Part shown: positions 47,880 to 57,971 of the stretch, piece after piece | Numbering within the stretch: position 1 is the first letter of the stretch | Layout: each line of letters starts with the position of its first letter | Source of the DNA: Eledone cirrhosa | Taxonomy: Eukaryota | DNA length: 64,000 bases | Direction of reading: 5' to 3' | Assembly (NCBI GenBank): GCA_964016885.1 | Contig: OZ024761.1 | Span: 14,136,001 to 14,200,000 of the forward strand | The notes under the pieces: generated by a model | Told to the model about the DNA's origin: nothing | The model's database searches: none | Seen by the model: the letters and a program-made list of their open reading frames with translations, nothing else | Translations under genes and position numbers: made by a program

Positions 47880-48826
47880 GGAGGAGTAGGAGGAGCTTTG
47901 GTTCAGTGTGGGTGGGGTTACATGGGTGCCATGTAGGGGGTAGGATTATGGAGGGAGGTCTTTGGTTCAGAGTGGGTGGGGTTACATGGGTGTCATGTAG
48001 GGGATGGGGGTATGGAGGAGGGGCTTTGGTTCAGTGTGGGTGGGGTTACATGGGTGTCATGTAGGGGATGGGGGTATGGAGGAGGGGCTTTGGTTCAGAG
48101 TGGGTGGGGTTACATGGGTGTCATGTAGGGGATGGGGGTATGGAGGAGGGGCTTTGGTTCAGTGTGGGTGGGGTTACATGGGTGTCATGTAGGGGATGGG
48201 GGTATGGAGGAGGGGCTTTGGTTCAGTGTGGGTGGGGTTACATGGGTGTCATGTAGGGGATGGGGGTATGGAGGAGGGGCTTTGGTTCAGTGTGGGTGGG
48301 GTTACATGGGTGTCATGTAGGGGATGGGGGTATGGAGGAGGGGCTTTGGTTCAGAGTGGGTGGGGTTACATGGGTGTCATGTAGGGGATGGGGGTATGGA
48401 GGAGGGGCTTTGGTTCAGTGTGGGTGGGGTTACATGGGTGTCATGTAGGGGATGGTGGTATGGAGGAGGGGCTTTGGTTCAGAGTGGGTGGGGTTACATG
48501 GGTGTCATGTAGGGGATGGTGGTATGGAGGAGGGGCTTTGGTTCAGAGTGGGTGGAGTTACAGGGGTGTCATGTAGAGCGCGTGATTAGGGAGGAGGGGT
48601 TGTGGTTCAGAATGGGTGGAGTTACAGGGGTGCCATGTAGGGGGTGGGATAATGGAGGGGGGGGGGGGGGGGGCTTTGGTTCAGAGTGGGTGGGGTTACA
48701 GGGGTGCCATGTAGGGGGTGGGATAATGGAGGGGGGGCTTTGGTTCAGAGTGGGTGGGGTTACAGGGGTGCCATGTAGGGGGTAGGATTATGGAGGGGTT
48801 TTGGTTCAGAGTGGGTGGGGTTACAG
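47880..48826 (+). repeat. 64-bp G-rich minisatellite, ~14-15 copies
   Basis: GGGCTTTGGTTCAGTGTGGGTGGGGTTACATGGGTGTCATGTAGGGGATGGGGGTATGGAGGAG; ORFs recur every 64 bp. Confidence 0.95.
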
Positions 48827-48915
48827 AATGTGTAGTGGTTACAAACAGAACATGGCAGTGTTTCTGAATGAGAAAATGGAGGAGTGTGTTATATAACTAA
48901 ATATAAATATATATA

Positions 48916-49112
48916 GATGGAAGAAGTTTAGTGAGCTGCTTCCTCTGTTGACAATGAAGGGTTTCTCCCTGCGAATGAAAGGTCGGTTGTATGATGCCTG
49001 TGTGAGATGCACGATGCTGCATGGTAGTGAGACATGGGCAGCAACTGCGGAGGATATGCGACGGCTGGAGAGAAATGAAGCAAGCATGCTCCGGTGGATG
49101 TGCAATGTCAAT
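48916..49112 (+). mobile_element. RTE LINE internal fragment (partial duplicate at 47205-47280)
   Basis: KGFSLRMKGRLYDACVRCTMLHGSETW...[12 protein letters not shown], homologous to ORF 51229-52899. Confidence 0.85.
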
Positions 49113-49883
49113 GTGTGTGAACAAGCAAGCAAGTCAGTAAGCAAGTCAGCAAGCAAGTCTGCAAGCAATTCTGCAAACAAGCTAGCAAGCAAGACAGCAA
49201 TCAGGCCAACAAGTAAGTCATCAAGCAAGTTAGAAAGACAGCAAGCAAGCCAACAAGTCAGCGAAAAAGCCAACAGGCAAGTCAGTCAGCAAGTTTGCAA
49301 ACAGGGCACCAAGTAAGTCATCAAAGAAGTTAGCAAGACAGTTTGTAAGCCAATAAAATAGCAAGCAGGCAAGCCAGAAAGTCTGCAAACAAGTCAGCAA
49401 TTCAGTCTCAACAATCAGTTGATGTTACATAATTCTCTTTATTTCATGTTACACCTCTTATGTCACATCTACTGTGTCATGCCTCCTGTGTTACATCCTC
49501 AATGTCACACCTCTTATTTCACATATATTGTGTCAGCCTCCTGTGTCACATCTACTGTCACACCTCTTATGTTACAAATACTGTGCCATACCTCCTGTTA
49601 CTTCTTCAATGTCACATCTACTGTGTCATGTCTGCTGTGTTACATCCTCAATGTCACACCTCTTCTGTCACATCTACTGTGTCATGCCTCCTGTGTTACA
49701 TCTTCAATGTCACACCTACTGTATTACATCTATCATGCCATCTCTACTGTTACATCTACCATACTTCCAAACATGGCCACATTTGGAAGTACGGCCATTT
49801 AAGTATAACAATCTTTATGTGAGTACTGTTTTATTCTAACACCTATGTGTAGGGCTTTACATTTGTATTTAAATCTACAAATG

Positions 49884-50195
49884 GAGGCACATGGCTTAGT
49901 GGTTAGAGCATTGGGCTTGCAATCGAAAGATCGTGTGTTGTTTCCTTGAGCAAGACACATTATTTCACATTGCTCCAGTTTACTCTGCTGTAGAAATGAG
50001 ATGATAGGGACTGGGGTCCCTATCATTCCACAGCAAAGTGGTCGTGGAGGTGCCACAGAAAAAAAGCACCCAGCACTCACTATAAATGAGGTTGGTGTTA
50101 GGAAGGGCATCCAGCTGTAGAAATCAAGCCAGAATCATTTCCCGTCCCACACTTGCAAGCGGGGAAAAGTGGACGTATGATGATGATGATGATGA
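49884..50195 (+). mobile_element. tRNA-headed SINE of a second family, with RTE-like tail
   Basis: A-box TGGCTTAGTGG, TCCTTGAGCAAGACAC core, GGTGTTAGGAAGGGCATCCAGCTGTAGAAA and GGACGT(ATG)n tail shared with the RTE 3' UTR. Confidence 0.7.
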
Positions 50196-50224
50196 TATCA
50201 TTTGCTATATATGTATATATGTAT

Positions 50225-50565
50225 AAATGGCAAGATTGTTTCCCAAATGATATATTCTCGTATATAGTTTACAAATATATTACATTATTGGTGCTCTGAG
50301 CAGACGTTTATTGAGCTTTTTAATGAGAAAAAATATCGATATATATTTTATATGTATTGATTAAACCTGACATTAACTAATCTATATACATATTTTTTAC
50401 GAAGAATGAACTCTTGACGTGAACTTACCTCTAAAAACACTTTCCGGACCATGTAAGGAACACTTTGTTATTTATGCCCTTGAGAAGGCCATCCGGGTGA
50501 AACGTATGTAGGTGCTGTTTTAAATAAACATGTATTAATGATCTGTTCTCCTATTTCTTACTTTT

Positions 50566-50570
<5 letters not shown>
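50225..50570 (+). mobile_element. Penelope-like element 3' fragment with variant hammerhead (50477-50515)
   Basis: Degenerate ...KPDIN* terminus, then CTTGAGAAGGCCATCCGGGTGAAACGTATGTAGG, AATAAA and (TA)n. Confidence 0.45.
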
Positions 50571-50607
<37 letters not shown>

Positions 50608-50642
<35 letters not shown>

Positions 50643-53056
50643 GGTTTAGCGTCCGTGTTCCACGCTTGCATGGGTTTGGACGGGGGTTTTCCCACTTGAG
50701 GCAAGAGTGGTTGTCTTGCTCGCATAGGACTGTCTGGCGGATTTTCTACAGTTGGATGCCCTTCCTAACACCAACCACATTTACAGTGTGGGGCTGGGAG
50801 GTTTTTACCGTGTTGCCTACACGGCCACATTACCACGTGGACTGTCTGGCGGGTTTTCTACAGCTGGATGCCCTTCCTAACACCAACCACATTTACAGTG
50901 TGGGGCTGGGAGGTTTTTACCGTGTTGCCTACACGGCCACATTACAGCGTGGACTGTCTGGCGGGTTTTCTACAGCTGGATGCCCTTCCTAACACCAACC
51001 ACATTTACAGTGTGGGGCTGGGAGGTTTTTACCGTGTTGCCTACACGGCCACATTTACAGCGTGGACTGTGTGTTTTTTTGTCGTGACACCTACACGATC
51101 TCATTTGTTTCGGCCTGGATGTTGTGGGACCAACATAACTTTACATTGAAAGGGGCGGTGTGGATAGGGTGGAGGTGGTGTGACCGGGGGGTGTTTTGAT
51201 AGAGATGCCTACTGACTGTAGTAGGTTTTTACTTTGTATTTAGGTAAGGCGGGTCTTCTCTATTACTGAGTACCGCCAAAGATCTCGGTCCAGTGACATT
51301 GTCTTGGAGAGGTGTAAGCGTGAGGTCGGAATTTATCAGCTCGTCCCATGTTTTTCTGGGTCTGCCTACTCCGTGGCTACCGTCTATCTTTATTGCCCTG
51401 CACTTTGTTATACAGCTGTCGTCTTTCATGCGCATCACGTGACCGTACCAATGTAGCCTTCTCTCGAGTAAACAACATCTGATCCCTCTTATTTCTAATT
51501 TTTTCCTTAGTTCGTTTATGCTTTGCCATTCACGTATATTACTATTGCACATCCAGCGGAGCATGCAAGCTTCGTTCCTCTGTAGTCTGCGTATATCCTC
51601 TGCACACAATGCCCAGGTCTCACTGCCATGCAGCATTGCTGTTCGTATGCAGGCATCGTATAACCTGCCTTTCATTTTTAGGGAGAACCCTCTAGCAGCT
51701 AATAGTGGTATAAGTTCTCTGAACTTTTTCCATCCAGTTCTGACTCTAGCTACTGTACTTTCAGAGCACCCTCCCCCACTGCTGATTTTGTCACCCAGGT
51801 AACGGAAGCTGTCCACTATTTCTATAGAACCCTCTGCGCAGTTGAAGGAGCTAGTATTTTGTGGGCACTTGCTGCTACTTATTGCACCAGAGCACCGGCC
51901 ACATGTAAAATCTATGTTCTTAGTTAGCTTACCTGTGATCCCACTACATCTTTTATGCACCCATACTTTGCATTTGGGACATAAAATGGAGTTTCTACCT
52001 ACGCCTTTCCTACACACTGAGCATGGCCATTTCCCAGATGGGACTGCCGCCTTATTTTCTTTCCTACAAACTAGAACTTTAGTCTTAGCCAGGTTAATTT
52101 TAAGGCCTTTTGATTCTAGGCCGTGCTTCCATGTTTGGAATTTCTTCTCTAGTTCGGTCATTGATTCAGCTATGAGCGTTAGATCATCTGCGTATAGGAG
52201 TTCCCATGGGCAGCCGGTCTTGAACTCCTCTGTTATAGCCTGAAGGGCAATAATAAATAGTAGGGGGCTAAGAACAGAGCCCTGATGGACACCAACTTTT
52301 ACGCTAAACTCTTCACTATATTCGTTGTTAATTCTAACCTTACTGACTGTTTCTTTATACATGGCTTGTATAGCTCTCACAAGCCATTCGTCAACACCTA
52401 GTTTTCTAAGAGACCACCAGATAATGGAACGGGGGACTCTGTCGAAGGCTTTCTCCAAGTCGACGAAAGCTAAGTATAGGGGTTTACTTTTAGTTAGGTA
52501 CTTCTCCTGTAGTTGTCGTACAATGAAAAGAGCGTCTGTGGTACTTTTGCCTGACACAAATCCGAACCGCATTTCATCTAGATCAATTCTCTCTCTGATT
52601 AGTTGCGCTATTACTTTTTCCGTGACCTTCATGACCTGGTCGATTAATTTAATGCCTCTATAGTTACTCCTATCTAGGGCATCTCCTTTTCCCTTATAGC
52701 AGTTAACGATGATGCTGCTACGCCAATCCTTCGGAACAACCCCATTCTGTACGACTTGGTTAACTATCCGGGTGACCATGGTGTGTCCCACCGAACCAGA
52801 TGCCTTCAGCATCTCGGCAACTATTTCTGAAGGACCAGCCGCCTTACCCGTCTTCATATCTTTGATTGCCTTGCTTATTGTACTACCCTGGACTAACACT
52901 GCTGGTCCCTCTATTGGGTCGATGTGGGGGAGACTGTCTTTCTCCCATTTGTTCTCCTCATTTAGAAGCCTTTCGTAGTGACACTTCCAAGCTACCTTCT
53001 TATCAGCGTCGGTGATGGCAAGTATGCCATCATCGTTAAGTACACACTTCTCCCTG

Positions 53057-53058
<2 letters not shown>
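50608..53058 (-). mobile_element. 5'-truncated RTE-clade LINE
   Basis: RT ORF, 3' UTR with 3x112-bp repeat (50727-51063), (TGA)n tail; 5' end cut at (TA)n. Confidence 0.95.
51229..53058 (-). pseudogene. RTE reverse transcriptase ORF (endonuclease missing, C-terminal frameshift)
   Basis: NYRGIKL, FVDLEKAFD, GVHQGSVLSPLLF, LLYADD, GRPRKTW; frame is open upstream of 52899 to 53058; 2-bp deletion near 51318 relative to the copy at ~19005. Confidence 0.92.
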
Positions 53059-53116
<58 letters not shown>

Positions 53117-53121
53117 AATAT

Positions 53122-53170
<49 letters not shown>

Positions 53171-53254
53171 AAAGTTATATTTAAATTGTTGGGTTACAAC
53201 TAGTAAATATTTATAACTGATATAAAAGCGCTCAACAAGTATTTGGAGTATATT

Positions 53255-53626
53255 TACGATATTAAATAAATGGAAACTATATTTATAAAACCATATTTAT
53301 TTCATTATATATATTTCAGGGATATCATATTAACAATATGCTATGCCTTCCTCAGACAAAATACAATATAGACAGTTTTATAGATAAATAGATTTGACAT
53401 ACCGTTCAACATCGACTTGTATTTGAAAAGTCAAATCACTGCCAAATCAACTTTTCAAATACAAGTCGATGTTGAACGGTATGTCAAATCTATTTATCTA
53501 TAAAACTGTCTATATTGTATTTTGTCTGAGGAAGGCATAGCATATTGTTAATATGATATCCCTGAAATATATATAATGAAATAAATATGGTTTTATAAAT
53601 ATAGTTTCCATTTATTTAATATCGTA
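53255..53626. repeat. Palindrome with 177-bp arms and 18-nt spacer
   Basis: 53255-53431 reads as the reverse complement of 53450-53626, no mismatch seen. Confidence 0.97.
53520..53581 (+). ncRNA. Type-I hammerhead ribozyme motif (mirror copy on - strand at ~53300-53361)
   Basis: TTTTGT-CTGAGGA-AGGCATAGCATATT GTT AATATGATATCCCT-GAAA-TATATA-TA-ATGAAA; long stem II, wobble-rich stem I. Confidence 0.65.
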
Positions 53627-53718
53627 TATATATATATATTTTATATATATTATATATATTTTATATATATATAAATATATTATATATATATAAATATATA
53701 TATAAATATATTATATAT

Positions 53719-53749
<31 letters not shown>

Positions 53750-53783
53750 AATATATTATATATATATATATATATTTATATAA

Positions 53784-53829
<46 letters not shown>

Positions 53830-53907
53830 ATATATATATAATATATTTATATATATATAAAATATATATAATATATATAAAATATATATATATATATATA
53901 TAATATA

Positions 53908-54143
53908 TCTTAGTCTTAGATTCTTCCACGCCGTTCGGCACATCGAGCAGTAAGTTCTTGCCAACGGTCACGATCAGAGGCAACTTTTTCTAGACTGTAC
54001 CAGGTGATATTGGCTGCCATCAGGTCCTTCCGGAACATTCGTAGCCAAGTGATCCTTGGGCAACCCTGCCTCCTCCGTTTACTGCCAGGCGGAGTCCAGT
54101 TATCGCTCTTTTCGGATGCCGTTCATTTGGCAGACACAGAATA
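53908..54143 (-). mobile_element. RTE LINE 3' end, second family
   Basis: LPNERHPKRA..WTPPGSKRRRQGCPRITW...ASDRDRWQEL...RI*, (TAAGAC) tail. Confidence 0.8.
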
Positions 54144-54229
54144 AGTATATTTATATATATATATATATATATTTCGTTTCTGAATTTGTTTAGCAAGATT
54201 CTTTATCTGAAAACATGTGTTGAAACCGA

Positions 54230-54725
54230 TATTGTTATACTTTGGGAGGGTCATGTTGCCAATAAGAAACACACGCACCAGTTGCTTTCACTTCAATTTA
54301 TTATAATAAATTTATAATAAATTTATAAATTTCTGGTTGGTTGGTTGGTTCCACAACCAGATAGTTGTTTATATATTGTCATAGTTCTTTCGTCACACAC
54401 TCTGTGACCTCTTCAGTGACTGGGGATTCCTTTCTTTGTTTCTGTGCCTCTCCTTTGTTCTGTCCTACGCCATTTTGTTTCTGTGTGTGTGTTGTGTGCT
54501 CAGTCTGCGCATGCGCCACATCCGGGTGTCTGTGTGTGTTTATGTTCATTTATTTATTTGTTTATTTACATGTTACTGGTTGGTTGTTTGTTCTATGTGT
54601 GTGTGTGTTTTCAACCAGAAATTTATAAATTTATTATAAATTTATTATAATAATAAATTGAAGTGAAAGCAACTGGTGCATGTGTTTCTTATTGGCAACA
54701 TGACCCTCCCAAAGTATAACAATAT
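54230..54725. repeat. Inverted repeat (~110-bp arms, 54230-54339 and 54612-54725) enclosing a hammerhead
   Basis: TATTGTTATACTTTGGGAGGGTCATGTTGCCAATAAGAAACAC vs GTGTTTCTTATTGGCAACATGACCCTCCCAAAGTATAACAATA. Confidence 0.92.
54378..54420 (-). ncRNA. Minimal type-I hammerhead ribozyme motif
   Basis: GTCA-CTGAAGA-G-GTCACA GAGTG TGTGAC-GAA-AG AA CT-A-TGAC; stems I and II pair fully, helix III is minimal. Confidence 0.75.
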
Positions 54726-54739
54726 ATATATATATATAT

Positions 54740-54915
54740 CAACATACGTTAACCTTGGTCTTCCTCTTCTAGTGTGTCCATGTAGGGGCTCCCAAAGGAG
54801 CACTGAGTGCAATGTCAACTCTGGATGTCGGTGAGCATGTCCAGCTAACCTCAGTCGCAGGACATGGCAGCGATAATGAGAGACAGAGACCGCTGGAGAG
54901 AACTTGTCCATGGAT
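54740..54915 (-). mobile_element. RTE LINE C-terminal fragment, third family
   Basis: RLRLAGHAHRHPELTLHSVLLWEPLHGHTRRGRPRLTYVD. Confidence 0.75.
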
Positions 54916-54988
54916 CTCGGGAATTTTACCCGCCTTAGAAAAAAAGAATAGAATATATATATATATACATATATATACGTACTATAAA

Positions 54989-55028
<40 letters not shown>

Positions 55029-55170
55029 AGTATATGTTGGTTGTATACCAACACCTCAGTATGCAGGCTGGAGCACTCGACAAAGTGCGCAGGTTGGTTT
55101 GGTTACTCCGGAGTAATGTAAAATAAAGTTAAATAAAAAGTCAAATGTTTAAAATTTAGCTTCGTTTATT

Positions 55171-55225
55171 ACTGCTATATATATTTCAGTGACAGCCATC
55201 TTTAGCTGTGACCTCTTCAGGCAGT
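55171..55225 (-). ncRNA. Type-I hammerhead ribozyme motif in a Penelope-like fragment (55030-55310)
   Basis: ACTGC-CTGAAGA-GGTCACAGC TAAAGATG GCTGTCACT-GAAA-TATATA-TA-GCAGT then AATAAA; 5-bp stem I, 8 of 9 pairs in stem II. Confidence 0.8.
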
Positions 55226-55317
55226 TTGAATTAGTATGGTATAGACAAGTACATATGTTGTTGAGGTGTATAATTTTGTCAATACTCTGATATGCCCAGT
55301 TCCTGGTCATATCTATC

Positions 55318-55372
<55 letters not shown>

Positions 55373-55409
55373 ATACATATATATATGTACATATATATAT
55401 ATATATATA

Positions 55410-55472
<63 letters not shown>

Positions 55473-55476
55473 GTAC

Positions 55477-55508
<32 letters not shown>

Positions 55509-55549
55509 GTACATATATATGTATGTACATATATATATATACATGTATC

Positions 55550-56124
55550 CCAGTACAACCTGTCTCATGGTCGGGTCGTTGGCGACTAAACTGGCAACCC
55601 CACCAAGGTTTCTTGGTGAGGAGGGTGACTTTGGACATCCTGCAGGACTAAAAACAAAACCTGTCAAAGAGCAAGGGAGCTCTTAAGACTCAATAGCCAT
55701 CCAAAATCACCGGGAGAGATGACCCCTTAGCCTTTGTCAAGGCAGAATTCTAGGAGAAGGAAAACTCTGATATAACACCTGCAACCCTGATGGTATCCAA
55801 TGATGTTGACTTGTTCTTCTTTTTGGTAAATATCATCTTGGTTAAGAGAGTGGGACTGGCTTTGTGCAGTGCCTTGCTCACTATAAAAGCTTCACGGCAC
55901 AGGCATTGCTTTATATCTGGAGATCTCTCTGCACTTGTCGTCACATGGTACCATGGGCCCTGCACTATGTGTCAATAATGGTCACAAGTGTAGTCTTTGT
56001 ACCAGAGTTTTCAAGTCGCTGGCTGGACTAAAAAGTCACATTCGTTCAGCGCATCGGTAGGGGTTCTCCTACATGGATATAAAGTAGTGGCCGTACTCGA
56101 AAACGAGTTGGCAGCCACCATATA
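55550..56124 (+). mobile_element. Internally deleted, non-autonomous RTE derivative ending in a C2H2 zinc finger
   Basis: RTE-5'UTR-like CTAGGAGAAGGAAAACTCTGA; HKCSLCTRVFKSLAGLKSHIRSAHR* (55983-56060); tail GTACTCGAAAACGAGTTGGCAGCCACCA-(TA)n. Confidence 0.7.
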
Positions 56125-56737
56125 TATGTACATATATATATATATATACATATATATATGTACTATAAATATATATATATTATATATATATATTTATATA
56201 TATATACATATATATATGTACATATATGTACTATAAATATATATATATTATATATATATATATATATAAATATAGATATATTATATATATATAATATATT
56301 TATTAATTTATTATATATATATATAATATATTTATTATATATATATATTATATATATATATATAATATATTTATTAATTTATATATAATTAATTATATGA
56401 ACAAATAATTGGAATCATCAGAATTAATAAATAATTAAGAAAAAAATACAAATAACATTCTTACCTCGTTGAGTCATTTTTCTATGGTAACTTATACACC
56501 GGTAGAGGTTTACATGTGAATATAAGCTACGTCAGTATTGTAAAAGAGCCTCAAACGAACGTAAAATACCACAACGATATTCAATGAAACATTTAAATAA
56601 TCTATTCTGTTGGAGTACATTACTAAAATTCCTAACAAGTTTTGTTCGTTTAAATGAGAGGTTCTCAAACGTTTTGTGCCACGGCCATGTCATACCCTCA
56701 GCACCGCATCAAAACCTGAAAAGTCGACATTTGTGAA

Positions 56738-57110
56738 TTGGCAGTATCGGTAAAGGGTCGGACATGCTTTCCAGCGTAGTTACGTCCCTTTACGATCTGA
56801 GTTCAAATCTCGCTGAGGTTGACTTTGCCTTTCATCCTTATGGGGTCGATAAAATAAAGTACCAGTAATGCACTGGGTAATTGCTGGCCTTGTGCCAAAA
56901 AGGAGAAACAATTATGTAGCGGTGGATTGGCAGTATCGGTAGAGGGTCGGACGCCATGCTTTCCAGCATAGTTACGTCCCTTTACGACCTGAGTTCAAAT
57001 CCCGCCGAGGTTAACTTTGCCCTTCATCCTTACGGGGTCGATAAAATAAAGTACCAGTAATGAACTGAGTAATTGCTGGCCTTGTGCCTAAAGTAGAAAC
57101 AATTATGTAG
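56738..57110 (+). mobile_element. Head-to-tail pair of OK/OR2-like SINEs
   Basis: Two near-identical copies; AATTATGTAG duplicated at 56910 and 57101. Confidence 0.9.
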
Positions 57111-57139
57111 GAACAATAACATTAAGAAAGACATAAAGG

Positions 57140-57490
57140 ACACCACAACACATTGTTTTAAAAATTTTGAAAGTAGGTTTAAAGTACGATTTTTCTTAAG
57201 ATTTACGTAGTTGTCTCTATAGCCTAGCTGTAGGTACTATAGACGGTGGAGATCTTGTCCTTGGGTACAATCCTGGTCGAAAGATACATGCAATTTTTTT
57301 TCAGTTTTTATTTTACAACCCATAGAAAAAAAACTGAAAAGGTTTACCGGGAACCCTACTTCAGACCAGGATCACCACCGTCTATGATTCGTCCAACTAG
57401 GCCACTGAGACAGCTACAAAAGTATGATGAAAATTGATAATTTAAACCTACTTTCAAAATCAAAGTTTAAAAGATGTGTCGTCGTTCATG
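57140..57490. repeat. Diverged inverted repeat (MITE or fold-back)
   Basis: ATTTTGAAAGTAGGTTTAAA / TTTAAACCTACTTTCAAAAT and ATAGACGGTGG / CCACCGTCTAT. Confidence 0.75.
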
Positions 57491-57790
57491 GCTTCCCTAG
57501 AGCTATTAGTAATATTTAGGGTCGACTTCTGGTCATTATTGAAATTCTCTGGATTTTGAAAAATACATAATATTTTTTATTGGAGAAGCTAAGATATTTT
57601 GCCGCAAAAATTTGATTGCACTGTTTTGTTTCCACTTATGTATTTTTTGAAAATGTTATTTATTCATTTTAAAAATTAAATGATAGCATTCTATATGTAG
57701 GTGGGCCCCCTTCATCTCCTGGCAACCAATATTTTTAGACCCAGTCCACCACTGTATATTTGTATATATATATATATTATATATATATAT

Positions 57791-57878
<88 letters not shown>

Positions 57879-57891
57879 AATATATATATAT

Positions 57892-57967
<76 letters not shown>

Positions 57968-57971
<4 letters not shown>

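Noticed and set aside
51229-52899. RT ORF as an active element or retron/host gene
   Set aside because: Non-LTR RTE motifs, 5'-truncated with no endonuclease, C-terminal frameshift
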